A DNA stretch of 64,000 nucleotides from a candidate division WOR-3 bacterium (GCA_039803205.1 JBDRYB010000004.1:1-64000), one strand, 5' to 3'. Counted from the stretch's first letter, positions 8,260 to 18,430 are shown. The notes: generated by a model not told the origin, from the letters alone. Translations and numbers: made by a program.

Positions 8260-9794
8260 CCCAGGAAAGACCCTTCAAGAAGAAATTCGGCCTGAGGCTG
8301 AAGTTCGCGCTCTGGACGATATTCTTCGTTCTCATCATGCTGGCCGGGGTCTTCATCTACTTCATAAACAGACAAATAAACACCCTGACCAAGGAGATGG
8401 AGCGCAACGGTGTTGCCCTGGCAACATCTTTCTCAGCGGCCGCTAAAGAGCCCTTCATCTTTGATGACGATCTGACCTTGGTCACGATGGCCGCGAATGT
8501 TAGGAAATCCAATCCTGGCATACTATACTGCGTTATAACGGACACGAAGGAAATAATCAAAGCGCACCCGGACTCGGTCCTCCTGAGGGATAAACCCTTT
8601 AAGCCTCCCCAGAAATTAACCACGAGGCGCGAGGTTCTCGCGGACGAAGGGTTTCCCGTGCTGATAAGCGAGGGACCGACTGGATATGACATAAGGGCCC
8701 CTATTGTCGTGAAGGAGCCCAGAACAGGCAAACCGAGCGAGGCTGGGTATGTTCATTTTGGGTTTTCAAAGGACGCCATAACAAAGGCGGTAAGGGAAAC
8801 CCTGGCTGGCCTAATCAGCGTGGCTGCGGCCTGCGCGATAATTGGAATCCTCGGAATATTCCTCCTCACGAGCATGGTCGTCAGGGGCATAGTTCGCCTC
8901 ACAAAGGATATTGAGATAATAGGCCGGGGAGACTTGAGCCATCCCGTTCAGGTTAAGAGCAGGGACGAGGTTGGCCTCATCGCTCACTCGGTTGAGGTCA
9001 TGGCGAGGAACCTGAAGGAAGCCCAGGCCAGGCTCCTTGAGACAGAGCGATTCAAGCATGAGGTTGAGATAGCCCAAAGGATACAGGCGATCCTTTTGCC
9101 GAGGGCCCTTCCCAGGATAGCCGGTCACGAGGTATCCGCTTACTATCAGCCAGCCCTAGTCGTTGGCGGAGATTACTATGATTTCTTCAGGATGGCAAAG
9201 GGAAAGGCAGGCTTCATAATGGCTGATGTGGCGGGGAAAGGCGTTGGTGGCTCCCTGATAATGGTGATGACGAGAACCATGGCCAACATGGAGGCGGCTT
9301 TTGATGATAACCCGAAGGACCTCCTGGTCTCCTTGCACGAGCAGTTGAGGGGAGAGATACCTGAGGACATGTTCGTGACCGCTTGCGCTGTGGCTCTAGA
9401 ACCGGAAACGAGCAGGGTTCAGATCTGCTCAGCTGGGCACAATCCCTCCGTCCTTTTCAGGGCCTCTGTCGGTAAGGCTGGCTGGCTTGAACCAGAAGGC
9501 GCTCCTTTGGGCATATCCCTCCTTTCTCGGGAGCAATACTCTGAGATCCTTGAGATGTCCGAGTTCACCCTCCTGCCAGGGGACGCGATCGTTCTCTACA
9601 CCGATGGGGTGACCGAGGCCATGAACGAGGCGGGCGATCAGTTTGGGGAGGGTAGGCTCCTTGATGTGATCGCCAGGCAAGGCTCGGGTTCCGCTGTTGA
9701 TATCAGGAATGCCATAGTAAGGGAAATAGAGAATTTCACCAAGGGCGCGCCCCAATCGGACGACATAACTCTGATGGTGATAAAGAGGATTTAG
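8256..9794 (+). CDS. Membrane sensor, HAMP plus SpoIIE/RsbU PP2C phosphatase
   Basis: 2 TM, HAMP (SRDEVG), VGGDYYD, ADVAGKG, LYTDGVTEA, DDIT. Confidence 0.93.
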   Translation: MTQERPFKKKFGLRLKFALWTIFFVLIMLAGVFIYFINRQINTLTKEMERNGVALATSFSAAAKEPFIFDDDLTLVTMAANVRKSNPGILYCVITDTKEIIKAHPDSVLLRDKPFKPPQKLTTRREVLADEGFPVLISEGPTGYDIRAPIVVKEPRTGKPSEAGYVHFGFSKDAITKAVRETLAGLISVAAACAIIGILGIFLLTSMVVRGIVRLTKDIEIIGRGDLSHPVQVKSRDEVGLIAHSVEVMARNLKEAQARLLETERFKHEVEIAQRIQAILLPRALPRIAGHEVSAYYQPALVVGGDYYDFFRMAKGKAGFIMADVAGKGVGGSLIMVMTRTMANMEAAFDDNPKDLLVSLHEQLRGEIPEDMFVTACAVALEPETSRVQICSAGHNPSVLFRASVGKAGWLEPEGAPLGISLLSREQYSEILEMSEFTLLPGDAIVLYTDGVTEAMNEAGDQFGEGRLLDVIARQGSGSAVDIRNAIVREIENFTKGAPQSDDITLMVIKRI

Positions 9795-9871
9795 CCCCGG
9801 GATTTTGAATCCGAAAAGCGGCTAATTAGCGGTCCTTGAACCAGTAATGCCCAAAGGCTTATCATATCCCC

Positions 9872-11122
9872 ATGATCGCTGTAATCCTGACCATCGTCCT
9901 GCTGGGGGTTCTGATAATCGTTCACGAGCTGGGCCACTTCCTCGCGGCCCGCTGGCGGGGGGTCAGGGTTGAGCGCTTCTCGGTTGGCTTCGGGCCAAAG
10001 GTGTGGGGATTCAAGCGCGGGGATACCGAATACATGCTCTCGGCTATCCCCCTTGGGGGATATGTGAAGATGGTGGGGGACGACCCTGAGACGGCCGAGG
10101 GCAAGTCGGACGAGTTTTTGGGGAGGCCTCTGGGGGACAGGTTCCTGATAATCCTCGCGGGGCCAATAGCAAACCTGGCCCTGGGCTTTCTGTTTTTCTT
10201 CGAGGCAGGGCTTTTCGGAAGGGATTATTTCCCCGGCAACACAATAGCGAGGGTCAAGGAGGGCTCTCCGGCACAGAGGTCTGGGCTCATGCCGGGTGAC
10301 AGGATAATCTCCGTGAACGGGAAACCCTTCTCAGATTGGGGAGATGCCCCAGCCGGGAAGGCCAGGCTCGGGGTTCTCAGGGGCCAGGATACTGTTTCGC
10401 TGGATGTTGAGAGCCTTGATGGCGCTGAGCCCTACATACCGCCTGTTCTCGGAAGGATCGTTCCAGGGGAACCAGCTGAGAGGGCTGGGCTCATTGAGGG
10501 AGATACGGTTATCTCTGTTGACTCCGTTTCCGTAGAGACATGGGGGCAGATGGTTGAATACATAAGGGGGAAGCCGGAACAAGAGATATTAATCAGGTTA
10601 AAGAGGGGAGCGGATACGCTTGCGGTTTCAATAAAACCAAGGACAGAGACCACTCTTGAGGATGGCAAGGAGAAAAAGATAGGGATGATCGGGGTCATGG
10701 CTCCTGTAATGAGGAAACCAATCGGGGTTCCGGAGGCACTTAGGTCAGCACTCGCTGAGACCATCTATGCGGCTGGTTTCATATTCTTCATACTGATAAA
10801 GATAATAACGGGCGGTGTTTCTCCGGGGTCACTTGGAGGCCCGCTTATGATCGGGAAGGCAATAGGCCAGAGCTGGGCCCTCGGCCTACAGAGGCTTCTT
10901 TGGACAGCTGGCCTCATATCCGTGAACCTCTGCGTGATAAACCTACTGCCCATACCAGCCCTTGATGGCGGACACCTAACGGTCTTCTCCATAGAGGGCA
11001 TTCTGAGACGCAGGATACCTCCCAAGTGGCACATGGGGATCCAGATAGCGGGCCTAATACTGGTCGGCGCGCTCATGATACTCGTGACCTTCATGGACAT
11101 AAGGAGGCTTTTCCTCAGATGA
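9872..11122 (+). CDS. rseP: RIP metalloprotease RseP
   Basis: HELGH, PDZ domains, NLLPIPALDGG. Confidence 0.95.
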   Translation: MIAVILTIVLLGVLIIVHELGHFLAARWRGVRVERFSVGFGPKVWGFKRGDTEYMLSAIPLGGYVKMVGDDPETAEGKSDEFLGRPLGDRFLIILAGPIANLALGFLFFFEAGLFGRDYFPGNTIARVKEGSPAQRSGLMPGDRIISVNGKPFSDWGDAPAGKARLGVLRGQDTVSLDVESLDGAEPYIPPVLGRIVPGEPAERAGLIEGDTVISVDSVSVETWGQMVEYIRGKPEQEILIRLKRGADTLAVSIKPRTETTLEDGKEKKIGMIGVMAPVMRKPIGVPEALRSALAETIYAAGFIFFILIKIITGGVSPGSLGGPLMIGKAIGQSWALGLQRLLWTAGLISVNLCVINLLPIPALDGGHLTVFSIEGILRRRIPPKWHMGIQIAGLILVGALMILVTFMDIRRLFLR

Positions 11123-11733
11123 TAAGAAAGAAGGCCGTGAATACGGAGTTCGGTTCTAATTGCTACCTCCTCGGAGACATGTTGAGCGGCGATGCCATCC
11201 TGATAGACCCATCGGTTGGGCCGGAGGATATAGTGGACATCTCAGAGGGATTTGATGTCCTCGCTATAGTGGTGACCCACTCTCACTTTGATCACATTCT
11301 TCATCTAAGGGAGGCGGTTGCTCTTACGCACGCGCCAGTTATGGTTGGCGCAGGAGATGCTGTTGGTATACAAGATCCAGCGGTTAACCTTTCCATTTAT
11401 CTCGGAAGACCAGTAGCATCCGACCCCCCGGATAGACTGCTTGCCGAGGGTGATGTGATCTCCGTCGGGAGGTGGGAGTTTCATGTGCTTGAGACCCCCG
11501 GCCATTCCCCGGGTTCTATTACCCTCGTTTGTCCCTCCGCAAAGGTCATCATAACGGGGGACACCCTTTTCGCTGAGTCCATAGGAAGGACCGACCTTCC
11601 GGGAGGAAACGAGGAGGAGCTGGCAAGGAGCATCAGAAGGATAGCCTGCCTAGGCGATGATTTTAGGGTATTGCCTGGCCACGGTCCAGAGGCATTCATA
11701 TGGGAAATGAAGGAGATAAACCCGTTCCTCTAG
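11119..11733 (+). CDS. MBL-fold hydrolase (glyoxalase II-like)
   Basis: THSHFDH, PGHSPG, GDTLF, PGHG; ATGA overlap with rseP stop. Confidence 0.92.
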   Translation: MIRKKAVNTEFGSNCYLLGDMLSGDAILIDPSVGPEDIVDISEGFDVLAIVVTHSHFDHILHLREAVALTHAPVMVGAGDAVGIQDPAVNLSIYLGRPVASDPPDRLLAEGDVISVGRWEFHVLETPGHSPGSITLVCPSAKVIITGDTLFAESIGRTDLPGGNEEELARSIRRIACLGDDFRVLPGHGPEAFIWEMKEINPFL

Positions 11734-12620
11734 AGCTCGGAAAGAGGATAGAGGATTTCGTCCGGTATCTCCTCTCGGAGAGGGGATATTCCAGGAACAC
11801 GGCGGAGTCATACAGGGATGACCTTGAGGCCCTGGGCGCTTTTCTCTGTGAAAAGGGGCTTGATCTGCCCGATGTTAGCCTTCCCCTGCTCAGCGAGTTC
11901 ATGATAAGGCAGGACGCGGAGGGAAAATCCCCTTCCTCAAGGGAGCGCGCGATCGCGGCCATGAGGAGCTTTTTCAGGTTCCTCACCGTGGAAATGGATT
12001 ACCCCGCTAATCCCGCGGAACTCCTTGAGTCGCCCAGAAAGAGCAAGGAGTTGCCGGACTACCTATCGTATGAGGAGACCGAGGCACTTTTGGCTCAGCC
12101 GAAGACAGATACCCCCGGAGGGCTGAGGGATAAAGCCATACTTGAAACCATGTATGCAACGGGCATAAGGGCATCCGAGACCGTCTCCCTGAGGCTGTTG
12201 GACATCGATCTTGATGAGTCCCTCCTTAGGGTTATGGGAAAGGGATCAAAGGAGCGCCTTGTCCCTTTTGGGCTTCCGTGCAAAAGGGCGCTTGAAGCGT
12301 ATCTGAGGGAAGGCAGGGGGAAATTGACCAAAGGCAGGAGCTCATCATGGCTATTCGTGAACGCGAGGGGGGGCAAGCTCTCCAGAGTAGGGCTGTGGAA
12401 AATGCTCAAGAAATACGCTAGGATGATAGGCCTGGCCGAGAGGGTTCACCCTCACATCCTGAGGCACACATTCGCAACCCACATGCTAATGGGGGGCTGT
12501 GACCTAAGGGCCCTCCAGGAGATGCTGGGGCATTCAAGATTGACAACCACCCAGATCTATACCCACCTTGATATATCAAGGCTCAGAGACCTCCACCAGA
12601 GGTTTCATCCGAGGGGCTAG
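11700..12620 (+). CDS. xerD: Tyrosine recombinase XerD
   Basis: YATGIR, GKGSKER, HILRHTFATH, LGH, TTQIYTH, FHPR C-terminus. Confidence 0.9.
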   Translation: MGNEGDKPVPLELGKRIEDFVRYLLSERGYSRNTAESYRDDLEALGAFLCEKGLDLPDVSLPLLSEFMIRQDAEGKSPSSRERAIAAMRSFFRFLTVEMDYPANPAELLESPRKSKELPDYLSYEETEALLAQPKTDTPGGLRDKAILETMYATGIRASETVSLRLLDIDLDESLLRVMGKGSKERLVPFGLPCKRALEAYLREGRGKLTKGRSSSWLFVNARGGKLSRVGLWKMLKKYARMIGLAERVHPHILRHTFATHMLMGGCDLRALQEMLGHSRLTTTQIYTHLDISRLRDLHQRFHPRG

Positions 12621-12656
12621 GAAGGGCTATTGTTAGATCACCCATCTAAAATACAT

Positions 12657-12890
12657 GAGACCTCTGATAAACCCACCCCTAAGCTCTCCCTGTTCCCCCT
12701 CTGGGCCGGTTTCAGGCGCGGCTAGCCCTCACTTGATCTGAGGCCCTTGTTATCGTTCCTCCGTGCCCTCTTTGCCTCCTTCTGGTGGATCGCGCCCGTT
12801 CCCCGCAGGGTTGGCGGTCTCCTCCAGTAATCTTTGGAACATCTTTCCAACCTTGGGGTCTATATGGACATGAACGAGAAGAAAACCTCA
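12657..12890 (-). mobile_element. Possible IS5-family end remnant
   Basis: GAGACCTCTGATAAACCC resembles IS5-type terminal IRs; no partner IR or intact transposase. Confidence 0.25.
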
Positions 12891-12960
12891 GATGGGTTCG
12901 GGTGGGTTCGGGAATGCCCGAGCCCTTATAATATCAAAAGACACCAACGGAGGTTCAATC

Positions 12961-13818
12961 ATGAAAAGGCTCCTTATCACAGCAATAGCAGTGGTTGTGC
13001 CCCTGGCCGGGCAAACCAAGACCGTAGGCGGCGGCACGAGCAAAACCCCAATTACCCCCCAGCCTGACACCCAGCGCGCCTACATCCAACCTGTTGAGAA
13101 CGGCCTGATAAACTGGACAGACGGATACATAAGGGCGAGAGGCTACGCTGTGGTCTCTGAGAAGGAGGCCAACAAGCAAAAGGCCAGGCTCGGCGCTGAG
13201 CGCGCCGCGACCGTCATAGCCCAGAGGAATCTCTTGGAGATAGCCAAAGGCGTCTACATCAACTCAGAGACCGTAGTTGAGGACATGATGCTCTCGTCTG
13301 ATGTTATCGTGTCCAGGGTTGAGGGCGTTGTAAAGGGCGCTAGGATGGTTGGCCAGCCTCACTGGCTCCCGGACGGCGTTGTAATGGTTGAGATGGAGAT
13401 GCCCTTGTATGGCCAAAACAGCCTGCTCTCGGCCGTTGTTCCGAACACGCCGACCACAGCGAAACCGGACTCCCAGGCCCTCAAAGCTCTGGGAAATGTG
13501 CCCTGCATAGTCATAGACGCGAAGGGCCAGGTTCAGCCCGGACTCATGCCCCGGTTCTTTGACGAGAACGGCAACCTACTTCTTGATCTATCCCAGATCA
13601 TAGACCCAAATAACCCTCAGGGCATCAGGTATGTGAACAGCGTAGGGGATGTCCTTCAGTGCGGAGAGCAGTCCTGGGTTATTGAGGCCATAGACGCTGT
13701 TGGCAAAGGCAAAACGGATATGATCGTGGGCGAGAAATCAAAGGACAAGCTCAATTGGCTCAAGAAGGCCGGCAAGTTCCTCTGGGAGGCGGGTAAGACA
13801 TTCCTGCTCCTGTTCTAA
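12961..13818 (+). CDS. Exported LPP20-like domain protein
   Basis: GGAGG SD, signal peptide, INWTDGYIRARG...AERAA...RNLLE...VEGVVKGA. Confidence 0.65.
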   Translation: MKRLLITAIAVVVPLAGQTKTVGGGTSKTPITPQPDTQRAYIQPVENGLINWTDGYIRARGYAVVSEKEANKQKARLGAERAATVIAQRNLLEIAKGVYINSETVVEDMMLSSDVIVSRVEGVVKGARMVGQPHWLPDGVVMVEMEMPLYGQNSLLSAVVPNTPTTAKPDSQALKALGNVPCIVIDAKGQVQPGLMPRFFDENGNLLLDLSQIIDPNNPQGIRYVNSVGDVLQCGEQSWVIEAIDAVGKGKTDMIVGEKSKDKLNWLKKAGKFLWEAGKTFLLLF

Positions 13819-13829
13819 AGGAGGACGAG

Positions 13830-14906
13830 ATGACCGGAATTCTACTGATTTTGACCCTTCAGGCCAGCGATGCCAGGGACACATCCTATGTTGAGGTCAC
13901 AGCGGAAGGGGTCGCGGCCCTGGGAGCATCCGCTGACATAGCGAGGGACAACGCAATAAAAGACGCGCTCAGGAAGGCCGTTGAGCAGGGCGTCGGAGCA
14001 TACATAGATTCAAAGACCGCTGTTGACAACTACGAGCTCCTCTACGACAAGATATACTCTCACGCACAGGGCTATGTCGCGTCATACGAGGTCGTGAAGG
14101 AGAAGGCGGATAAGGATGCTGGGTTATACCGTGTTTGGATAAAGGCAAAGGTCAAAACGGGTATCATCCAGAACGACCTCGTTGCAATGGGCATCTTGGT
14201 CTCGGAGATGGGGAGGCCTCGGCTCGCGGTTGTGGTTGACAATGAGGACCTGGCATACACCCTTGAGGATTACTTCCAGGAACAGGGCTTTCCCTTGGTT
14301 GACCTTCCTACAGTGAAGAAGGTCCTGAAGGCGGATGAGCTGGATCTCCTAATAGACGGTGACAAGCGCACGGCTCAGAAGGTCGCGACCCTAACCGGAG
14401 CCGAGATACTGATAACCGGAAGGGCAGAGGTCTCATCCGAGATGAAGAAACTCCCTTACACGGACGAGAAGAAGACCATATACACGGCGAAACTGCGGGT
14501 GAAGGCGGTTGAGGCCCTCACTGGCGAGGTCATTGCCGTCTCATCCCTGAAACGCTCTCTGCCGTTTTCCGAGGAAGAGGTGATAAAGCTGGTTGGGGAT
14601 TCCTCCGCTAAGGAGCTCTCGTCTGAGATACTGAAGAAGTGGACCCTGCGAAGGAATGTCATACACATCATCATCAAGGGAGCCACCGCGGCAAAGATAG
14701 GCAAGATAAAGACCGGCATAAGGGAGAACATTCGCGGGGTATCCGAGGTCCTGGATAGGGGAATGGTTGAGGGCTACGCCATAATTGAGGTCGTTGCTGA
14801 GACGAATCCACAAGAGGTCCTTGACGCTATAAGGGAGAAGGAAAAGATCCTCGGCATACAGGTTGTCGCATACGAGGGTCAGCGCATAGAGGCAAAGGCC
14901 AAGTAG
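13830..14906 (+). CDS. FlgT N-terminal-domain protein
   Basis: AEGVA...ARDNAIKDALRKAVEQGVGAYIDS motif. Confidence 0.75.
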   Translation: MTGILLILTLQASDARDTSYVEVTAEGVAALGASADIARDNAIKDALRKAVEQGVGAYIDSKTAVDNYELLYDKIYSHAQGYVASYEVVKEKADKDAGLYRVWIKAKVKTGIIQNDLVAMGILVSEMGRPRLAVVVDNEDLAYTLEDYFQEQGFPLVDLPTVKKVLKADELDLLIDGDKRTAQKVATLTGAEILITGRAEVSSEMKKLPYTDEKKTIYTAKLRVKAVEALTGEVIAVSSLKRSLPFSEEEVIKLVGDSSAKELSSEILKKWTLRRNVIHIIIKGATAAKIGKIKTGIRENIRGVSEVLDRGMVEGYAIIEVVAETNPQEVLDAIREKEKILGIQVVAYEGQRIEAKAK

Positions 14907-14943
14907 TGGTAAACCTTGTGGTTGCTCCGTTATCGGAAACCCT

Positions 14944-14968
14944 AGGCCCCGAAAAGACGGGGCCTTTT
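14944..14968 (+). terminator. Intrinsic terminator-like hairpin (with alternative fold)
   Basis: AGGCCCCG-AAAAGA-CGGGGCCT-TTT. Confidence 0.55.
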
Positions 14969-14981
14969 CGGAGGTGAGAAC

Positions 14982-15845
14982 ATGAAGAGGTTTCTAATTT
15001 TCGTAGGCCTCCTCGCTCTTTCCTGCAAGGAATCCGAGGTAACATACCCTTATTTCCAACGCATCTTTTCTTCCCCGGATGTTAACCCGGTCAACATACG
15101 ATATTACGACGGATACATCTATTTTCTTGATTCGGGCACGGGCGAGATATGGCGAGTGAAAGCAGAAGAGGGAGGAGCAAAAAGGGTTGGGCCTTCTGGG
15201 TATCAGTTTGATGTCTCCGGCGCGGGCATAGCCGTTGTTTCATTCCAGGGCGAGAACAGAGTTGATGTATATGACCTCTCAGGGAAACCAATCCATTCCG
15301 CTGTCCTGCACAGCCCTTATCCCATTAGGGTCAGATACGGCCCTGAGGATGAGCTTTACGCGGTTGTTCTGACAGAGGGGGATGCGGGGCCTCTTCTCAG
15401 GCTTAATCCGGACTCAGGCACAGCCGACACGGCCTTCCCGAGGGTTGGAGAGGAGTTCGTCCTTCGGGCCGACAGGGCGTATTATTTCTCTCCGGATGAG
15501 GGCAAGGTCGTGGCCTGCGTGCTTTGGGACACAACCACAACCTCCTTCTGGACAGGAAAGCCGGAAATGCCGGATGTCTTTCTGCACCATGTTCACCTTG
15601 ACCTTGCCCCGAACGGGAGGAGCCTCCTGGTGAGCCCGCTTCTAATCCTTGATACCCAGACCGGAATACAGACCCCCATTCACACTGATCCCTACGAGCA
15701 CGGCACAGAGCTTGAGGGCGGGGTCTCCTGGGATCAGGAGGGAAGCGGGTTCTTCTTCAACGCAAGGGAGCTGGACACGACCCGCGCTCAACAAAGCGAA
15801 TACACTCATTACTGGACGATCTGGTATTACGGGAACCCTGAGTGA
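14982..15845 (+). CDS. Lipoprotein, probable beta-propeller
   Basis: GGAGGT SD; MKRFLIFVGLLALSC lipobox; beta-rich. Confidence 0.65.
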   Translation: MKRFLIFVGLLALSCKESEVTYPYFQRIFSSPDVNPVNIRYYDGYIYFLDSGTGEIWRVKAEEGGAKRVGPSGYQFDVSGAGIAVVSFQGENRVDVYDLSGKPIHSAVLHSPYPIRVRYGPEDELYAVVLTEGDAGPLLRLNPDSGTADTAFPRVGEEFVLRADRAYYFSPDEGKVVACVLWDTTTTSFWTGKPEMPDVFLHHVHLDLAPNGRSLLVSPLLILDTQTGIQTPIHTDPYEHGTELEGGVSWDQEGSGFFFNARELDTTRAQQSEYTHYWTIWYYGNPE

Positions 15846-15901
15846 TCCCTCGGCCGGCCTGGAAAATCCACGCGCTTTCGGCTGATAATATGGGGCCTCA
15901 G

Positions 15902-18430
15902 ATGAACTACCCAGCTAATGAGATAGAAAGAAAGTGGCGGGCCCGGTGGCGAGAAGAGGGGCTTTTTAGGGCTCCGGACCACCCGAGAAAAAAGTACTAT
16001 GTCCTTGAGATGTATCCGTATCCCTCCGGCAGAGACCTCCACATGGGACACATGAAGAACTATGTTATAGGTGATGTGATAGCGAGGCTCAAGAGGATGG
16101 AGGGATACGATGTTCTATATCCTATGGGGTGGGATTCCTTTGGCCTTCCTGCAGAGAACGCGGCTATTCAGCACGGGGTTCATCCGGAGAAGTGGGCAGA
16201 GGAAAACATAGCGGGCTACAAGGAGAGCCTGATGAACCTCGGCCAGTCGTATGACTGGGAAAGGGAGATAGCCACATCAAGGCCGGACTACTACAGGTGG
16301 AACCAGTGGCTGTTTCTCCTCCTCCTTAAGAGAGGCCTCGCATACAGAAAGGGTGGATTCGTGAACTGGTGCCCTTCTTGCAACACGGTTCTCGCTAACG
16401 AGCAGGTCATAGAGGGAAAGTGCGAGAGGTGTCACAGCCCCGTGACGAAACGCAAGCTCGTCCAGTGGTTCTTCAGGATAACGGCCTACGCGGAAAGGCT
16501 CCTTAAAGACCTTGAACTCCTGAGGGATGGTTGGCCTCCGCACATCCTGAAACAACAGGAGGATTGGATAGGCAGGAGCGAGGGAACCGAGATAATCTTC
16601 CCAGTTGAGGGAAAGGATCTGAGAATTTCGGTTTTCACCACGAGGGCTGACACCCTTTTCGGGGTCACATTCATGACCGTAGCGCCTGAGTGGGAGGGGC
16701 TTGATGAGCTTGTCAGCCGCTCCCCAGAAAGGGCAAGGGTTGAAGACTATGTTAAAGAGGCGCTCAGCAGATCGGAAATAGAAAGGGCATCCACCGAGAG
16801 GCCGAAGACAGGCGTGTTCACGGGGATATATGCCCTACACCCCTTCACCCGCGAGAGGATACCCGTTTTCGTTGGGGATTATGTCCTGGGTGGATACGGA
16901 ACGGGCGCGGTGATGGGCGTTCCAGCGCACGATCAGCGCGATTTTGAGTTCGCGAAAAAGATGGGCCTCCCGATAAGGGTTGTGATAAAACCCTTGGATG
17001 GCCCAGAGCCATCACCTGAGACCATGGATAGGGCTTATGAGGAACCGGGAATAATGGTCAACTCAGGGGAGTTCTCCATGCTCTCAACCTCCGAGGGCAT
17101 CCGGAGGGTCTCAGAGGCTTTAGCAAGAATGGGTTTGGGCGGGCAAACCGTTGCCTACAGGCTGAGGGACTGGCTCATATCCCGTCAGAGATACTGGGGA
17201 ACACCCATTCCGGTAATTCACTGCGAGAACTGCGGGATTGTCCCTGTTCCAGAAGAAGACCTGCCCGTTCTCCTTCCCAAGGTAGAGGACTATATTCCCA
17301 AGGGAAGGAGCCCACTGGAAAACTCCGAGGAGTTCATGAACACAACATGCCCGAAGTGCAAGGGCCCTGCTAAGCGCGACCCGGACACGATGGACACATT
17401 CGTCGATTCTTCCTGGTATTACCTGAGATATCCTGACCCCAAAAACGATAAAGCGATATTCGATCCAGCCAAGACCAACGCTTGGCTTCCTGTTGATCAG
17501 TATATCGGCGGCGCCGAGCACGCCACCAAGCACCTCATATATGCCCGGTTTATTCACAAGGTCTTGCAGGACGAGGGCCTCGTTAAAACCCCTGAGCCTT
17601 TTCTCAGGCTCTTCAACCAGGGCCTGGTCCTAAAGAGGTTCTTCTGGTGCCCTGTTTGCCTTAGGGTTGTTCCGGACGCGGAAGCCAATGCCCACCCTCA
17701 TCCGACCGAAGAGAAGCTTGAGATGATGAGCAAATCCAGGGGAAATACGGTTCCAATAAGCTCCTTCACCGAGAAATACGGGGTTGATATTGGGAGGATA
17801 GCCCTGCTTTTTGCTGGTCCAGCTGACAAGGAGATGGAATGGACCGAAGCCGGCGCGGAGGGCGCACGCAGGTTCATAAACAGGCTCTGGAGGCTTTATC
17901 AGGAAAACCCGGCGAGCAAAGAGCCTCTCCCGGAAAACATGGACCAGGCCGAACGAGAGCTGTATTCCTTGCTTCAGAGGACCATAAAGGCGGTTCGGGA
18001 TGATCTATCTAGGTTCAGCTTCAACACGGCCATAGCGAGGCTCATGGAGCTGGTCAACGCGCTTTATGCCTTTGAAAAGAAAGGGGGTCCGGTCTTCTCA
18101 AAGGCCCTAAGGGATACCATACTCCTCATAGCCCCCCTTGCGCCGCACTTGGCTGAGGAGCTTTGGAGGGGTTGGGCCGGGGAGACCGAAAGCGTTTTCA
18201 GAAAGAATCTCCCTGAGCCGGATGAGAGGTATCTCGTTGAGGAGACGGTCATAATCCCCGTTCAGGTCAACGGTAAACTCCGAGCGAGGATTGAGGTTCC
18301 GGTTAGCACGAGTCAGGACGAGGTTCTGCAGAGGGCCCTTTCGGAAGAGAATGTGGCGAGATACCTGGAAGGGAAAGAGCCGCGCAGGGTCGTCTATGTG
18401 CCCGGAAGGACGCTTAACATAGTAGTATAG
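15902..18430 (+). CDS. leuS: Leucine--tRNA ligase
   Basis: MYPYPSG..HMGH, FTTRADT editing domain, DWLISRQRYWG, MMSKS. Confidence 0.97.
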   Translation: MNYPANEIERKWRARWREEGLFRAPDHPRKKYYVLEMYPYPSGRDLHMGHMKNYVIGDVIARLKRMEGYDVLYPMGWDSFGLPAENAAIQHGVHPEKWAEENIAGYKESLMNLGQSYDWEREIATSRPDYYRWNQWLFLLLLKRGLAYRKGGFVNWCPSCNTVLANEQVIEGKCERCHSPVTKRKLVQWFFRITAYAERLLKDLELLRDGWPPHILKQQEDWIGRSEGTEIIFPVEGKDLRISVFTTRADTLFGVTFMTVAPEWEGLDELVSRSPERARVEDYVKEALSRSEIERASTERPKTGVFTGIYALHPFTRERIPVFVGDYVLGGYGTGAVMGVPAHDQRDFEFAKKMGLPIRVVIKPLDGPEPSPETMDRAYEEPGIMVNSGEFSMLSTSEGIRRVSEALARMGLGGQTVAYRLRDWLISRQRYWGTPIPVIHCENCGIVPVPEEDLPVLLPKVEDYIPKGRSPLENSEEFMNTTCPKCKGPAKRDPDTMDTFVDSSWYYLRYPDPKNDKAIFDPAKTNAWLPVDQYIGGAEHATKHLIYARFIHKVLQDEGLVKTPEPFLRLFNQGLVLKRFFWCPVCLRVVPDAEANAHPHPTEEKLEMMSKSRGNTVPISSFTEKYGVDIGRIALLFAGPADKEMEWTEAGAEGARRFINRLWRLYQENPASKEPLPENMDQAERELYSLLQRTIKAVRDDLSRFSFNTAIARLMELVNALYAFEKKGGPVFSKALRDTILLIAPLAPHLAEELWRGWAGETESVFRKNLPEPDERYLVEETVIIPVQVNGKLRARIEVPVSTSQDEVLQRALSEENVARYLEGKEPRRVVYVPGRTLNIVV

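Noticed and set aside
11700..12620. Tyrosine recombinase as a prophage or island integrase
   Set aside because: XerD-type sequence within a housekeeping operon; no att sites or cargo seen.
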